Shown piece after piece: positions 36,701 to 49,300 of a stretch of DNA of 64,000 nt. The first letter of the stretch is position 1; each line of letters begins with the position of its first letter. The translations under genes and the position numbers were made by a program. The notes below the pieces were generated by a model that saw nothing but the letters and a program-made list of their open reading frames with translations, was not told the DNA's origin and did not search any database. This stretch comes from Takakia lepidozioides (lineage: Eukaryota > Plantae > Bryophyta): NCBI GenBank assembly GCA_030704615.1, contig CM060734.1:29512001-29576000 (forward strand). The letters run 5' to 3'.

Positions 36701-39700
36701 GTAACGGGTTTGTTTGAGGCAGGTCGAAACCTCTGCTTTGCTGTGGTGGCCAAGCGTGTGTTGAAGACTCTGCAGGACAAGCTTTTTACTGGCATCGTCA
36801 TTCAAGATATCGCATATTTTGATGGGACAACATCTGGTGAGGTGAGCATATTACTTCAACGACCGACAGGAATTTCTGTTATTTTTAAGGCTTAGGGCAA
36901 ATAGTAAGTGAAGAATTTTGTTTCCCATTGATCATGAGATGGCTGCGTCTTTGTAGCAGTTTCCCTCTCCAGATCGCCTTCTGCCTGCCATGAAACCGGA
37001 AAGAAGTTGGTTGAAGCATTGTTCAGTGTTGATCAATTTTTTTGAAGGGTACATTCCTATGAAGTGGATCCCTTGAGAGGGACCAACATGGGGTAGAATT
37101 GAGTAGATGTATTGTTGTAGTGGTCCATAAATTGGCAAAGAGATGCTAGGGTATTAGAAGCTTCCATCTCATTCTTGCCTCCTAAGGCGCGTATCGTTGG
37201 TGGTCTGTGAAAACAGCTGACCTCAAGGCTTACCAATGATGTGTCTTCAATGGCTGAGCCAGTGAATTGGATGCTCTCAGCACTGTTGCGGAACTGTCTC
37301 GCTCTCATGGGTGGGTTTGTGATGTGCTTCATCATAAGCTGGAAGCTTAGCATGCTGGCCTTCACCACTATGGCCCCTATTATGCACATCACGGCTGTCT
37401 ACTCGCGCTGGTCAAGGGAGCTCAACCGCAAGCGTTATGCTTTGTTGGCAGAGGCCAATTCAGCTGCCTCTGAAGCTCTAGGTAACATTCGAACGGTGCG
37501 GGCTTTCTCCACAGAGGAAGTGGAGATTGATCGTTTCAAGTCAAAAACTCTTGCTGCTATGCAAAAGGGTGTGAGAGATGCGTTTGCATATGCGGGAGCT
37601 GTTGCTGTTAACGATTGGCTGGATTTGGGTGCATCGGTACTCATCCTCTGGTACAACCTCTTCCCACCCCAACCCCCCCTCATGGAAATGAAACCCTTCC
37701 TTCTGTGTTTCATGACCTCACTGATACGCAAGAAAGGGGCTATTTGAGGCGACTGGAAACTAGGGCTGTGAGTCGACTCAAGAGGAGAATGTGAAAAGAA
37801 GTTGCACTAGAGCAGGTAGCCCAGTGGTTGGGTGTTTGTGCCTTGCCCGTGCATAACCTAGGTGATCTAGGGTTCAAAGTGTCCACCTTCCAACGGAAGG
37901 CAGTAGTCCTTTGGGATGAAGAGACACTATAATTCATGCTTCCTCCGGGAGGAGTCCTCTTTCAAAAGAAGTTAACCAACCTTGGGCTTCTTAAGCCAAC
38001 TCTAATGGTTGTGGTAGTGCTGAAGGTATGGAGGAGTCTTGGTGATGAATAATCGGCTGTCAGCAGGCAAGCTCATCACATTTCAGCTATACTGGAATCA
38101 AATACAGAGTGCATACCAAAGTATCATGTCGGTGTTGATGTCACTCACACGTGCAGCAGGTGCAGCGCAGCGCGTGCTGTCTTTGGTGGACGCCCTCCCT
38201 GATATCGACCCGAATGCTGGCACCATGGTAGCTTCCCTAAGTCACTGCACTCTTTTCTCTTACCTAGCTTTTGAAGTTAGTAGAATCCTCACCCCAATTT
38301 TGGGGTGTGCAAATCTATGAGGTTGCAAGATTCCCATTTGCCATTGTCCAGAGGGGACTAGTGTATGCTTGTACATCTCTCTTTCCTGCCTCTGTAATGA
38401 TTCCAACAGTGGCAAACAGAATGGACGCTAAGCTTCCTTAGGTTGGTAAAAGTAATTCTTTTGGAAATCCAGTATGGTGCGGATGAAAAATGCTGGGTGC
38501 TCAACTCTCATTTCCTTGGGGGGTCTCAACCCTTCTCCTAGGTTTGCTTGCACGTAAAGTCTTCCATTACCCTGAGTCAGCTCAGCTGCGTATTGGGATT
38601 GGGTTCCACAGTTGTTGGTATGCAACATTGGTTCGAAGTGGGTTTCCAAAGAGATTTTCTGTCAATGTACTCGATCAAAAGGTCCTTCACTCTAATCTAA
38701 GCTCATTTTGCTCGATTGGCTGTCACAGGTTTCATCTCTGGAAGGAGATATAAAATTGGAGAATGTCCATTTCCATTATCAAATGCGGCCCCAGCATCCT
38801 GTAATCTCTGGGGTGCATTTAGAGGTCGGGAAAGGCCAAGTTTGCGCACTTGTCGGACGAAGTGGCGGTGGCAAATCCACCATTGTGCACTTGCTTATGC
38901 GGTTTTATGACCCAACGCAGGGGCGAATTCTACTTGATGGCTGGGACTTGCGAGACCTCAACCTGAAGTCTGTCCACAAGCACATGGGGTTGGTAGCACA
39001 GGACACGCAAATGTTTGCATGTTCAATTGAGGAGAACATCACCTATGGGTTGTCTCATTGCCGGTGGGAGGATTTGGAGGAAGCCGCCAGGTTGGATCTT
39101 TGTGCACTGTTGTTGAAGGTCTATGCAATCTTAGATTGAGATTCTTCGATTTGGGTTTTTGTTCTGCTAGTTGTTCTCGAATATCGAAGCTAACCTGCCT
39201 TGTAGACATCCTCCGTGATGTACACATGATACCCAGCCAGTTGTAAAAATAAAACTTTTGGAGAGATGGGTAACGTGAAATTCTACCGCTCGGACAAATA
39301 AGCAGAAAACTCAGTCACCCTGGTCCTAAATTTGTCTTTTTGTGCAGGTATGCAAATGCTCATGATTTTATCCTGAGATTTCCTGAAGGCTATGCCACAC
39401 GTGTTGGGGAGCGTGGGGTGCGCCTGTCTGGTGGTCAGCGCCAGGTAATCTCTGTTCCAACCTCTGTTGAAGCCATTATTGATGGTAGTTACCTGCAATC
39501 CCCCACCACATGCTGGAAGCTGCCTCTCTAGAAAGCTCAAGTGTTATGTAATAGCTTCCTCCTTGTTGCATCCAGATTGGTTGAGTGTGCAAGACTACAG
39601 TGTGCCAAGGCCCCCCAGCCCACATCAGTCTTCTCACCTACCCTGTTCGGGATCTACATTGACGCCTTGGAGAATTACATATCAAAAAACCATGGGGTTG

Positions 39701-42143
39701 GGGTCCCATTGGATGGGGGACCAACCCAATCAGATCTCCTCTATGCTGATGATGTTGCCCTTTTGGCACAATCCCCGGTCTTTCTGCAACGCCATCTCAA
39801 AATTTTGGAACAGTTCTGCAAAGACTATGGGATGCAGGTCAATCTTAGCAAGACCAAGATCATGGTCTTCAATGGCCAGGCTGATCGTAGATTCATCTTC
39901 AACCAGCAGGAAATTGAGATTGTGAAATCATACCGGTACCTAGGTCTGGTTATCCACTCCCCCAAGTTTCACTTTGCAGCCACTGCCTTGGACAGGTTGA
40001 CTAAAGGTAAGGCGGCCTCCGTCCGCCTTCAGCCCAAATGCAAGCAAATACATCTGCGGCATCCCCCGACCAAAAAGTGGCTGTTTGACACGGTCGTCAG
40101 CCCTGCTACCATCTATGGTTGGGAGTTCTGGGCACCTGGTGTCCCTGTCTCCTGGTGGGAAAAGAATTTGGAACCATTACAGTCATCTTTTCTCCAAGCA
40201 ATGCTTGGCGCCAGGAGCACAACTCCATCTCAGATCCTAGGTGCAGAGTTCGCATGTGTACCATTGCAATCCGAGGCCCTCTTCAGGCTTACAATCTTTC
40301 TCCATAGATTGCAGGCCCTTCCACCCAAAGGGCTAGTGGCAAGGGCCCTCACAACATCTATGAGGCTCAAAGCTGCAGGTTTCAGGAACTCCTGGTATGC
40401 TCGAGTGGACAGTTTATTTCAACGTAACGGACTTTCTACTGCTTTCCTATTACCAATGAACCCAGATGAGGTGGACATCACATCCAGACATGACCGCAAC
40501 AGACTCATTCGGAGAGAGCTTATGGAATTACATGTCAAGAGAACTTGGATGCTACCCAATCTCACGACAAAGCTCCACTTCTATCGAGAGACATTCTTGG
40601 TGCTCCGCGATGATAGAATCTTGAGACCAAATTACCTTTCAGCACCCTTATCTCCTTCCCTCTTGAGGGCATTGGGGCGGTTCAGGGTGGGTTCCCACAA
40701 CCTACGGATAGAGACTGGCAGATGGAAAAACCTGCAACGGGAGGACCGCCTATGTCCAGCTTGCATAGGGCGCAGCAAGGAAATTGAAACTGAAGAACAC
40801 TTCTTCTTCGACTGCCCTCTATACTACGAGATCCGTGGGAGATTTCACTGTTTATTCAGTGGAACCCAAACTCTCACTGATGTCTTTCACTATGAGGATC
40901 ACAAATGCGTGGCAGCCTACCTACACGAGGCCTTCACCCTTAGACAATCGCTAGAACATTAATTGTGGTTTCTGGATTTGTTCCTCTCTCATGTTTTCTT
41001 CCATTTTGTCCCATAAGCTCTACGAGCTTTCCGCGGACGTTATAAAGCACCATTTCATTTCATTTCATTTCTCTCTCCCTCTCTCTCTTTGGCCTCTCCA
41101 GATGCTTGTGTGAAGGGATTTCTAGAGGATATCTGGAAAACCCGGATTAATTCTATATATGAAGGTAAGTCTTACTACCAACGTCAGCCCCTGACAGAGG
41201 TAGGTTCTGTCCCTTTTGTTTCCACTCAAACTGGGCGCGGGGTCAATGGCCACAAGGCTACGGCAAACAACGTCTTATGAGTACAATATTTGGCCTCTCC
41301 ACTACTTTACTCTCTCTCTAAACCCTGGTGGGCACACAAAAGGCTCCGGGAGTGTTAGTTTCTGTAAGGGTATGGCAAGCCAACATTCACAGGAGTACAT
41401 TCTCTCTCCTCTCTCACAAGGCTACGGCAAACAATGTCTTATGAGTACACATTCTCTCTCTCTTCCCTCTCTCTCTCTCTCTAAATCTTTTTCATCTATT
41501 GCCCTTGCCAGCTTCATCTTTTGCTGTGGAGTCTGATGCCCTATGTTTGCATCTTGTCAGCGTATTGCGATTGCCCGAATGCTGCTGCGGCGGCCACAAG
41601 TGTTGCTGTTGGATGAGGCCACAAGCTCACTGGACACAGAGAGTGAGGCACTGGTGCAACAAGCACTGGATCGGTTGATTGGAGAGGGTGGCCGTACTAT
41701 AATCTTGGTGGCCCACCGGCTCTCTACTGTACGCAATGCTCACAACATTGCAGTACTGGATAAGGGTCTACTCGTGGAACAGGGCACTCATGAGCAGCTT
41801 TTAGAGAATAGTATGTTGATCTCTCTCCAACCAGGACCTCTTGCAGCTTGTTCTACCTTTTCCCTGTGTCTGTTTTCTTGCAAATCACATATAAAACTGC
41901 ATGAAGGAAAGCACCGTGTCCAATGTGCTTTTTAAATTGTTCGATTTCAATCTAGGCATTATTAACATTGGTACTAATGAGTGTCTGGGTTGCCTCGCAG
42001 AGAATGGCGTGTATGAAAGGCTTGTCCGGAGGCAATTGCACAAAGTGAGCAACCGCATTATACAAGACCCGGAAAACAGGGAGGAGGAAGATGCAGCTGA
42101 CATTATTAGCAGTCTTTTGGATGATGACTCATCCCGCGCTTAA
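33727..42143 (+). CDS. ABCB-subfamily half-size ABC transporter (TAP/TAPL-like), 11 exons, ~904 aa. Exons: 33727-33864, 34378-34794, 35114-35355, 35937-36144, 36620-36841, 37217-37650, 38026-38227, 38729-39090, 39348-39444, 41561-41810, 42001-42143
   Basis: All introns are GT-AG and phase-consistent; exons total 2715 nt. Motifs: [24 protein letters not shown], Walker [11 protein letters not shown]-loop VAQD, signature LSGGQRQ, Walker [13 protein letters not shown]-loop VAHRLST. The exon 3/4 junction and the start codon are least certain. Confidence 0.93.
37811..37960 (+). mobile_element. Possible degenerate tRNA-derived SINE in ABCB intron 6
   Basis: A-box-like TAGCCCAGTGG (37817) and B-box-like GGGTTCAAA (37870). 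Confidence 0.35.
39630..41070 (+). mobile_element. 5'-truncated LINE (RTE-X-like) in ABCB intron 9
   Basis: Open frame to 40962: [45 protein letters not shown] and the Zn finger [14 protein letters not shown]; (CATTT)4 tail at 41051-41070. The 5' end is approximate. Confidence 0.9.
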
Positions 42144-45100
42144 CATCCGTCTTACATAAGGTGCCTTGTAGCGCCCTGTGTATAACTCAGCTCTACATCA
42201 CCTCCCTGCTGCAGTGAGAAAGGCCATTGTAGTCTGTGGCCCCTGGACAGATGGAAATGAATGTCTGCTGTCACAGTACAGCATTCCTATGCGGTCTTGT
42301 CAGACCCTTTCTGCAGTCCAATGCCGCCCCAAGAGATTCTTCCTTGGAGAGAGTTGAAAGAGAACTCTCTTTGTCATCGCATAGACGACAACCTAAATTC
42401 CCTTTGCTAAAGGGTTCAGGTTCTTGTTGGGGGCCTTCCCAATTGCAAGCCATCCTTGTATTCGGATTGAGGTTCTGTCCTCCTCGGGCTGACAAAGAAT
42501 GTGTCAGTTGTGATTTTTGCGGCGCTTGTAGGTGCACACTCTTGGTCGTGCTGATTCACGCTCGGCCTACGTTGATGAGTGGCCACCTTCCTTCCGTCCC
42601 GCCAGGTGTGAAGATTGACTACTTGGGACCGGGAGCCCTTTCTGCTGGAATGTAGCCTTTTTCCAGAGGTGCTTTTTGTCCGCAGAAAGAGCTAGAGAGA
42701 GTTCCTTAATTATAGTCAAAAGTGTCATCGAGCAGTTGCTTGTACGATAGTGTTTTTGACTGAGGGTGTCATGTGGAGCCTGGGTAGCCTCACCCCAGGA
42801 AATTTTGGTCTGTTATCACATGGGAGGCCCATTTTGTCCTATCTCACTTCAACCCTATTACAGAATTTCAGCCAAGCATTTGTGTGATTTGCACATCACT
42901 TTCCTCCCTCCTCTTCTTTTTGACTCTTCAATGCATGTCTCCCCTGTTGATGAGCATGACTGGATGTTTGAGCTGATTTTGCTTGTCATGAGGTAAGAGC
43001 AATCATAAAAAATGGGTGAAATAGCTGCATGTACACAGGCTTGCGCCAAACAACATCGCACGTCATGTCCTGTTCGAATCTGTCTCTTGCACATGGCTCA
43101 CCTTCTCTACGGTCAGCCAGTGAGACTGAGGACCTTGGAAGGTACTGGCAGTATACTATCATACAAAGAGATCAAGCCAAGAACATTGCAGAGAAAACTT
43201 ACCAGCCTGGACCCGATTCGTTAAAAGTGAAGAGGTGAGCTATGCCAATGCAGGACTAGAAGCATTCAAGTTTCAAGACTGCGTAGTGGTCTTGATGGTG
43301 CTTGATGGAGTAGCTCTGTGTCTGCTGCGACTGTGAAGGTTATTCAACGTACCGAGATGGGCAGTGAAGTGCAGCGAGAGATCGGTCGTGAAGAGTGTGA
43401 GAGAGGCGCCGCATTGCATAAGGGCTGCTGCGAAGGGACGCAGGGAGGGGCTTACTATCGTCCACAAGGCATGGCTGCATTTATAGAGGCGCCTGGCAAA
43501 GCCCACAGAAATCGACTGCTGTCACCAATTTCACGCTTCTGCAGTCATCCTTCCCGTCATGTTATTCAGACCCAGATCCAAAGAATGCCATTGACGAGGG
43601 ATGTTGATACATCAAAAGAAAATTGGGAAATCATGACGGGGCATCAGTGACTAAAGGTCCAGATTAAGAAGCTAATGCTCAGCTGTTGAGAAGATGACCG
43701 ATTGACTCAGGCTGTTGAGAGAACATGAGGTTTGTCAAATTCTGATAAGAGCACTAAGCAAGCTTGTTAAACTTCCTTCATTGATTGCCTTGAATCTAGA
43801 CAGTAAATTAGCGTATTTGGTACTTAGACTTGGCTGGATTGCCTTGCGGAGAATGGAACATGTATCAGAGGCTTGGACGGAGGGAATTGCAACAAGTGCG
43901 CAACTGCATCGTACAGTACCAGGCCGAAAAATGGGGACGAGACAAAAGTTGCATTATGGTGCTTGATGAGTGCTAGTGCCCTCTGTACATAGAATTCTGC
44001 CTCCCTGCTGCTGTGGTCGAAAAGCCATTGTGGTATGTGCCCTGGACACACACATATACATGGAAAGCCATGTGCAGTCTACACTCTACACCTCTCCTAT
44101 GTCGCCTTCTCAGATCCAGCTTTCTGCAGTCCGGTGCTACCCCACAGACATTCTTCCCGAAACAGAACTCTCAAACAATTTGATCCAAAAACATCCATGG
44201 TTCGTGCAACAATGCAATCACAATTTTATTACATGAAGTCATCAAAACAATATATTCAATCAATTGATAGTGCCCACAACTTCAAATCTCGGAAAATCTT
44301 TCGAGAGAACTTTCGTTAAAGTTATCTTGTGCAGATCTCGACTTGACGTTTACTCTACAAAACATCCTGCAGTAGTCAGCTAGACGACGACCAAATGATA
44401 CAGATCTACATATTATCTTTTGAAAATCGCACCTCCGCCATCCATTTGATCCTCATTGCTTCGAGCAAGAAACGGACGACAGAAACTAATGACCATGAAT
44501 ATCGTTGCGAGTGAATCTGTGCCTTGAAGCCATCCAAGTGCAATATGCTCCGCAGGTGCCGTCTCAACCGAGTCAGAATTCAGAACCACCGCTAAAGAAG
44601 TTGTGAGCAACAGACGAGCTGCAAAAGAGAGGGTTCGATACACTAGAAAACAGCTCAAGCAAGATAAATATGAACAGCGTGCATCAAGCAGTCTAGGAAA
44701 TATCCTCGAGATCTTGTCTCATGTTACAGTAAATTTCTAGACTGTTGATACGTTGATACAGCATGGACTCTGTTCACATTTGTCTTACAAGTGGCCGTCC
44801 GTTTCTATGGTGACCCCGCACTTTGTTACCGATCTGAAGCTCACAATTTCTCAAGCGATGGCGCCAGATGGAAACGCAACAGCTAGAGATTTTATCCCCG
44901 CGTGATGAAGTCCTGAACCACCAGAAATACCGAGGACCATGGCTGTGACCGCGTCCTGCACTATTTATGTGGATACATCAAACAAGATTTACAGTGTGCA
45001 GAGAAAATCTTCACATGGAATCGGTTCGTGAAAAAGTGAACAGGTTGACCAGAGCTCGATACTAGTTTCCAGGACTTTATGCACATTCTTTGTTTGGCAG

Positions 45101-45816
45101 TCTTTGTCTGTACGTAGCTATGGTGCTAAATTTAATCTGTAAAGCCTCTTCTCTGCGGTGCTCACAGCACTTGAAGATTGTAATATGGAGATGGGGAAAG
45201 GGCGCAGTCAAGTGGAGTGAGAGAGGAATGGGGAAGAGAGTGAGAGAGGCGCCGCATTTTATAGGGCCTGCTGCGACTCTTCGAACCCACCTGTCTGGCC
45301 GACCTCTACTGGCTACTCTATTTAGCCAATGTGTCAGCTCATCTGGCTGAAGTATGCAAGCCGTGGCTAGGCTCTCCGAGGTTGGCCTCAAGGGCGTGGA
45401 CGCAGGGAAGGTTGGCTACCCGCGTCCACAAGGCATGGCTCCAATGCTTTAGCCCTTAGAGCGCTACAAGCTTGTGGAGAGGTGCAGCTCCATAGCTCAA
45501 TCTGAGCTGTCGTGGACTGTGAAATGGTGGATTGATTGTGATCGGACCACTGCCGTTACCGTACCGTCACAGCCAGTCGAGTGGCTTTGCCGACCTGAAA
45601 ATAAGGAGAGGTAACCTATGATCTCAGTCTCTGCTTTAGTGTAGGGCTTGTTCTCAACTCTATCAGAGCATAGCCGTCCAGAGAAGTACAGGAGTACCCC
45701 AGAGACAGCCGGTTCTCAGACTTGGATCGTCAGGATTTAGTTGTTGTTCAGCGTTGGTAGTTCATTCCATTGCTTGCTCTCTTCTGATCTGAGTGCTGTC
45801 CGAAACTGCATTACAG

Positions 45817-46145
45817 TCACCTATGTGCTCCTATCCAACATCTATGGTGCAGCTGGCCGGTGGGATGATCAAGCAAAGATTAGACAAATGATGGAGAACA
45901 TGTGTATCACTAAGCAGCCAGAGGGCAGCTGCAATGAAGTGGACAACCAGGATACATTGGGTGTGTAAGACAAGTGGCTTCCACAAGATCCATGCTGAGC
46001 TGAGGAGATTGGCTGGGCAGATGGATGAGGCAGGGTATCCGTGCTTAGTATTGCATTGATGCGGAAGTCGAGCAAGATGATATCTTTTTGGCAACAATGT
46101 GAGAAGATTGCCGTTGCTTTTTGCCTCATCATCATGGCCCTAGGG
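45817..46145 (+). pseudogene. PLS-class PPR remnant: E, E+ and start of DYW domain
   Basis: TYVLLSNIYGAAGRWDDQAKIRQMM...KQPEGSCNEVDN; shifted frames give KIHAELRRLAGQMDEAGY and CEKIAVAFCLI; stops and frameshifts. Confidence 0.85.
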
Positions 46146-46380
46146 AGGGCGCGTCATGTCACCACAGGATTTTGCCGCTTGCACCATTTTGCAGAAGGGG
46201 TATGTTCTTGTTGCGATTAGGGTCAAAGTGGCCATGACCAATCAAATAAGGGCTTTTGGGTTCAGAAAATTGATTAGATTATGGAAGGCTGGTCCATCCT
46301 GTAGCCCCATGTCTCTAAAGATCCAGAAAGCCACGTCCCGACCGACTGTGTTGTGTTTTGTGTACATATACCTATCGACA

Positions 46381-49300
46381 TGTTAGAATTGAGCAAGAAC
46401 ATGAACAAGAACTAAAGTCTTAGACTAAAGCTAAAACTAAAGCTCTCCTCCCAACCATAGAAGCCACCATCGTACTCTTACACTTAGACTAGTGGCTTCA
46501 CCCCCGAGCTTGTACAAGAACGTCTCTAGAAAGTCCTACTTGGTCACTTCCACTTCCACTATGGTGACCATCCACCTTCTAGCCATTCACCTTCCAAAGG
46601 TGAGTTAAACAAGATAGTCTCTTAGACTTCTAAACCTTTGGCCTTCAAGACTCTTAGTCTTCTAGATATGTTTAATTACTTCCAACACTCCCACTCAATT
46701 AAACCATATCATTGAGCTACTTCGTTTGTCTTTGGAGAAGAGACACCAAGTAAGGCTGAACACTTCATGTGTTTTGTTTGTGGTAGACTCTTCGTCAAAA
46801 CATCCACAACCATATCTCCTGTAGCACAATAGATCATCTTGATCTCTCCCTCGCATACAACTTCCCGTATGTAGTGATGTTGCACTTCAATGTGCTTCGT
46901 CCTTGAATGATACTTCGGATTCTGACTTAGTGCAATCGCACTTTGATTGTCACAATAGAGAGTCGTAGATAGTGATTGAAGATGATCCAAATCTCCAAGC
47001 AACTTCCGTAACCAAATAGCCTCATTTGCTGCTTGTGTAATGGACATGTACTCAGCTTCTGTTGATGACAACGCTGTTGCAACTTGTTGTTTGCTAGACC
47101 AAGATACAGCTCCACCTGCTAGGAGAAAACAATGGCCTGAAGTTGATTTTCTACTATCAACGACTCCTGCCCAGTCAGCATCAGCAAACCCCAACAAACT
47201 TGGATCTTCCACTCTCTTGTAGAGTAGACCAGAGGTTAATGTTCCTCTTAGATATCGAAATATCCTCTTCACTGCTTTCCAATGGGTTTGTCTGGGATTT
47301 GAAAGAAATTGTGAGACCACTCCCACTGAATGTGCAATGTCTGGCCTAGTACAAACTATGCAATACATCAAACTGCCGACTGCGCTTTGATAAGGAGTTT
47401 TCCTCATATCTTCTTGCTCTTCTCGAGTCTTAGGTGTCATATCTTTCGTAAGTTTTAAACCAACTTCGAGATGAATTGATGTTGGCTTACTCATCTCCAA
47501 CTTAAACCTTTGTAGAATTGTCTCAATGTATTGTCGTTGATGCATGAATACTGTATGGTTCACTCGATCTCTGCTGATTTGAATACCAAGACAGAACCGA
47601 ATCTCACCCATGTCAGTTATGACAAACTTAGCACTCAACAGTGCTTTGGTTTCTGGCAACAACCTTTGATGATCGTTGGTGACAATGATTGTGTCATCCA
47701 CATATAGAGCTATGACCACAAATTGTTCTCCCATTTTTTTCACATAGATGTTTGTGTCAGCAATGCTTCGCTCAAATCTTGCCTTTAAGAGGTAAGCATC
47801 GATCCTAACATACCAAGCTCGAGGACTTTGTTTGAGTCCATACAAACTCTTCTGCAGCTTACACACAATATCACTTCCTCCTTGTACAAACCCTTCAGGT
47901 TGTCTCATGTAGATCTCTTCTTGTAGTTCTCCATTCAGAAATGCGGTCTTAACATCCATTTGATGAACTTCGTGATTATGTTGAGCTGCAAGAGCTAACA
48001 ACACTCTGATAGAAGAAATCTTCACCACTAGTGAGAAGGTTTCATTGTAATCCACTCCTTGAATTTGTGCATAGCCTTTAGTTACAAGACGAGTTTTGTA
48101 CCGGTAAATAGATCCATCAGCTTTGTACTTCAACTTGAAGATCCACTTGCAACCAATGGCTCTTCGTCCTGCAGACAACCTAGTGAGTGTCCATGCTTTG
48201 TTTTGCATCAATGAATCCAACTCTGAGTTGATTGCTTCTTCCCATTGTAGTTTGTCTGGAGAGCGCATCGCTTCCTCATATGTAGCAGGCTCAACCACTT
48301 GTGATGCTTCTTCCATAGCTTCAATGACACTCATAGATGTAATCAGCCTACTAGGAGCTTTCTTTTCCCGCTGAGATCTCCTTAGAATTGGCACATCTTC
48401 AACTTCATCTCTAGAGTCTATATCAACAAGTGGTCCACCAACTTCGACTCATTGATCAACTCCATCAAGTTGAACACCTCCATCATTTGCTTCAGCCATC
48501 TCTTGTATTGGCTCCTCATAAAACTCCTCTTGGAAATGGTGTAATGGCTCTAAGCTCATTCCCATGTCATCTTCTCCCACTACCAAAGAGGGTATGAAGC
48601 TTTCATCAAACACTACGTCCCTACTGTGTTTGACAGCCTTAGTTGTCTTATTGAACAACTTATATCCCTTCATACCTTCTGTGTAGCCAATGAAGATGCA
48701 TCCTTCTGATTTGGAGTCAAGTTTCCTTCACTTCTGAGTAGGGATATGGACATATGCACGACATCCAAAAATCCTACAATGAGCCACACTAGGCTTCTGA
48801 CCACTCCATACCTCTTCTGGTGTTTTTCCCAACACTGATTTGGTAGGTATTCTGTTGTGAAGATATGCTGCAGTGCCAACAGCTTCTGCCCAAAAATGAT
48901 TTGAAAGATTCACTTCTTTCAACATACTTCTTGCAGATTTTTGTAGTGATCTATTCATCCGCTCAGCTACATCATTCTGCTCAGGTGTATATGGAACAGT
49001 AAACTGTCAAGCTATTCCATTCTCTTGACAAAACTGATTGAAAGCATTTGAGATGTACTCACCACCATTGTCAGATCTCAAAATCTTAAGAGGCTTTCCA
49101 GTTTGTTTTTCTGCAAGTACTTTGAACTCCTTGAATTTCTCTAACACTTGACTTTTCTGCCTTAGGAAATTCACCACAACCCTCCTTGACAAATCATCAA
49201 TGAATGTCACAAAGTACCTTGCTCCTCCAAATGATGTAGTTTGCATTGGCCCGCACACATCAGAATGTGCAATCTCCAATATACTTGTGGCTCTTCGTCC

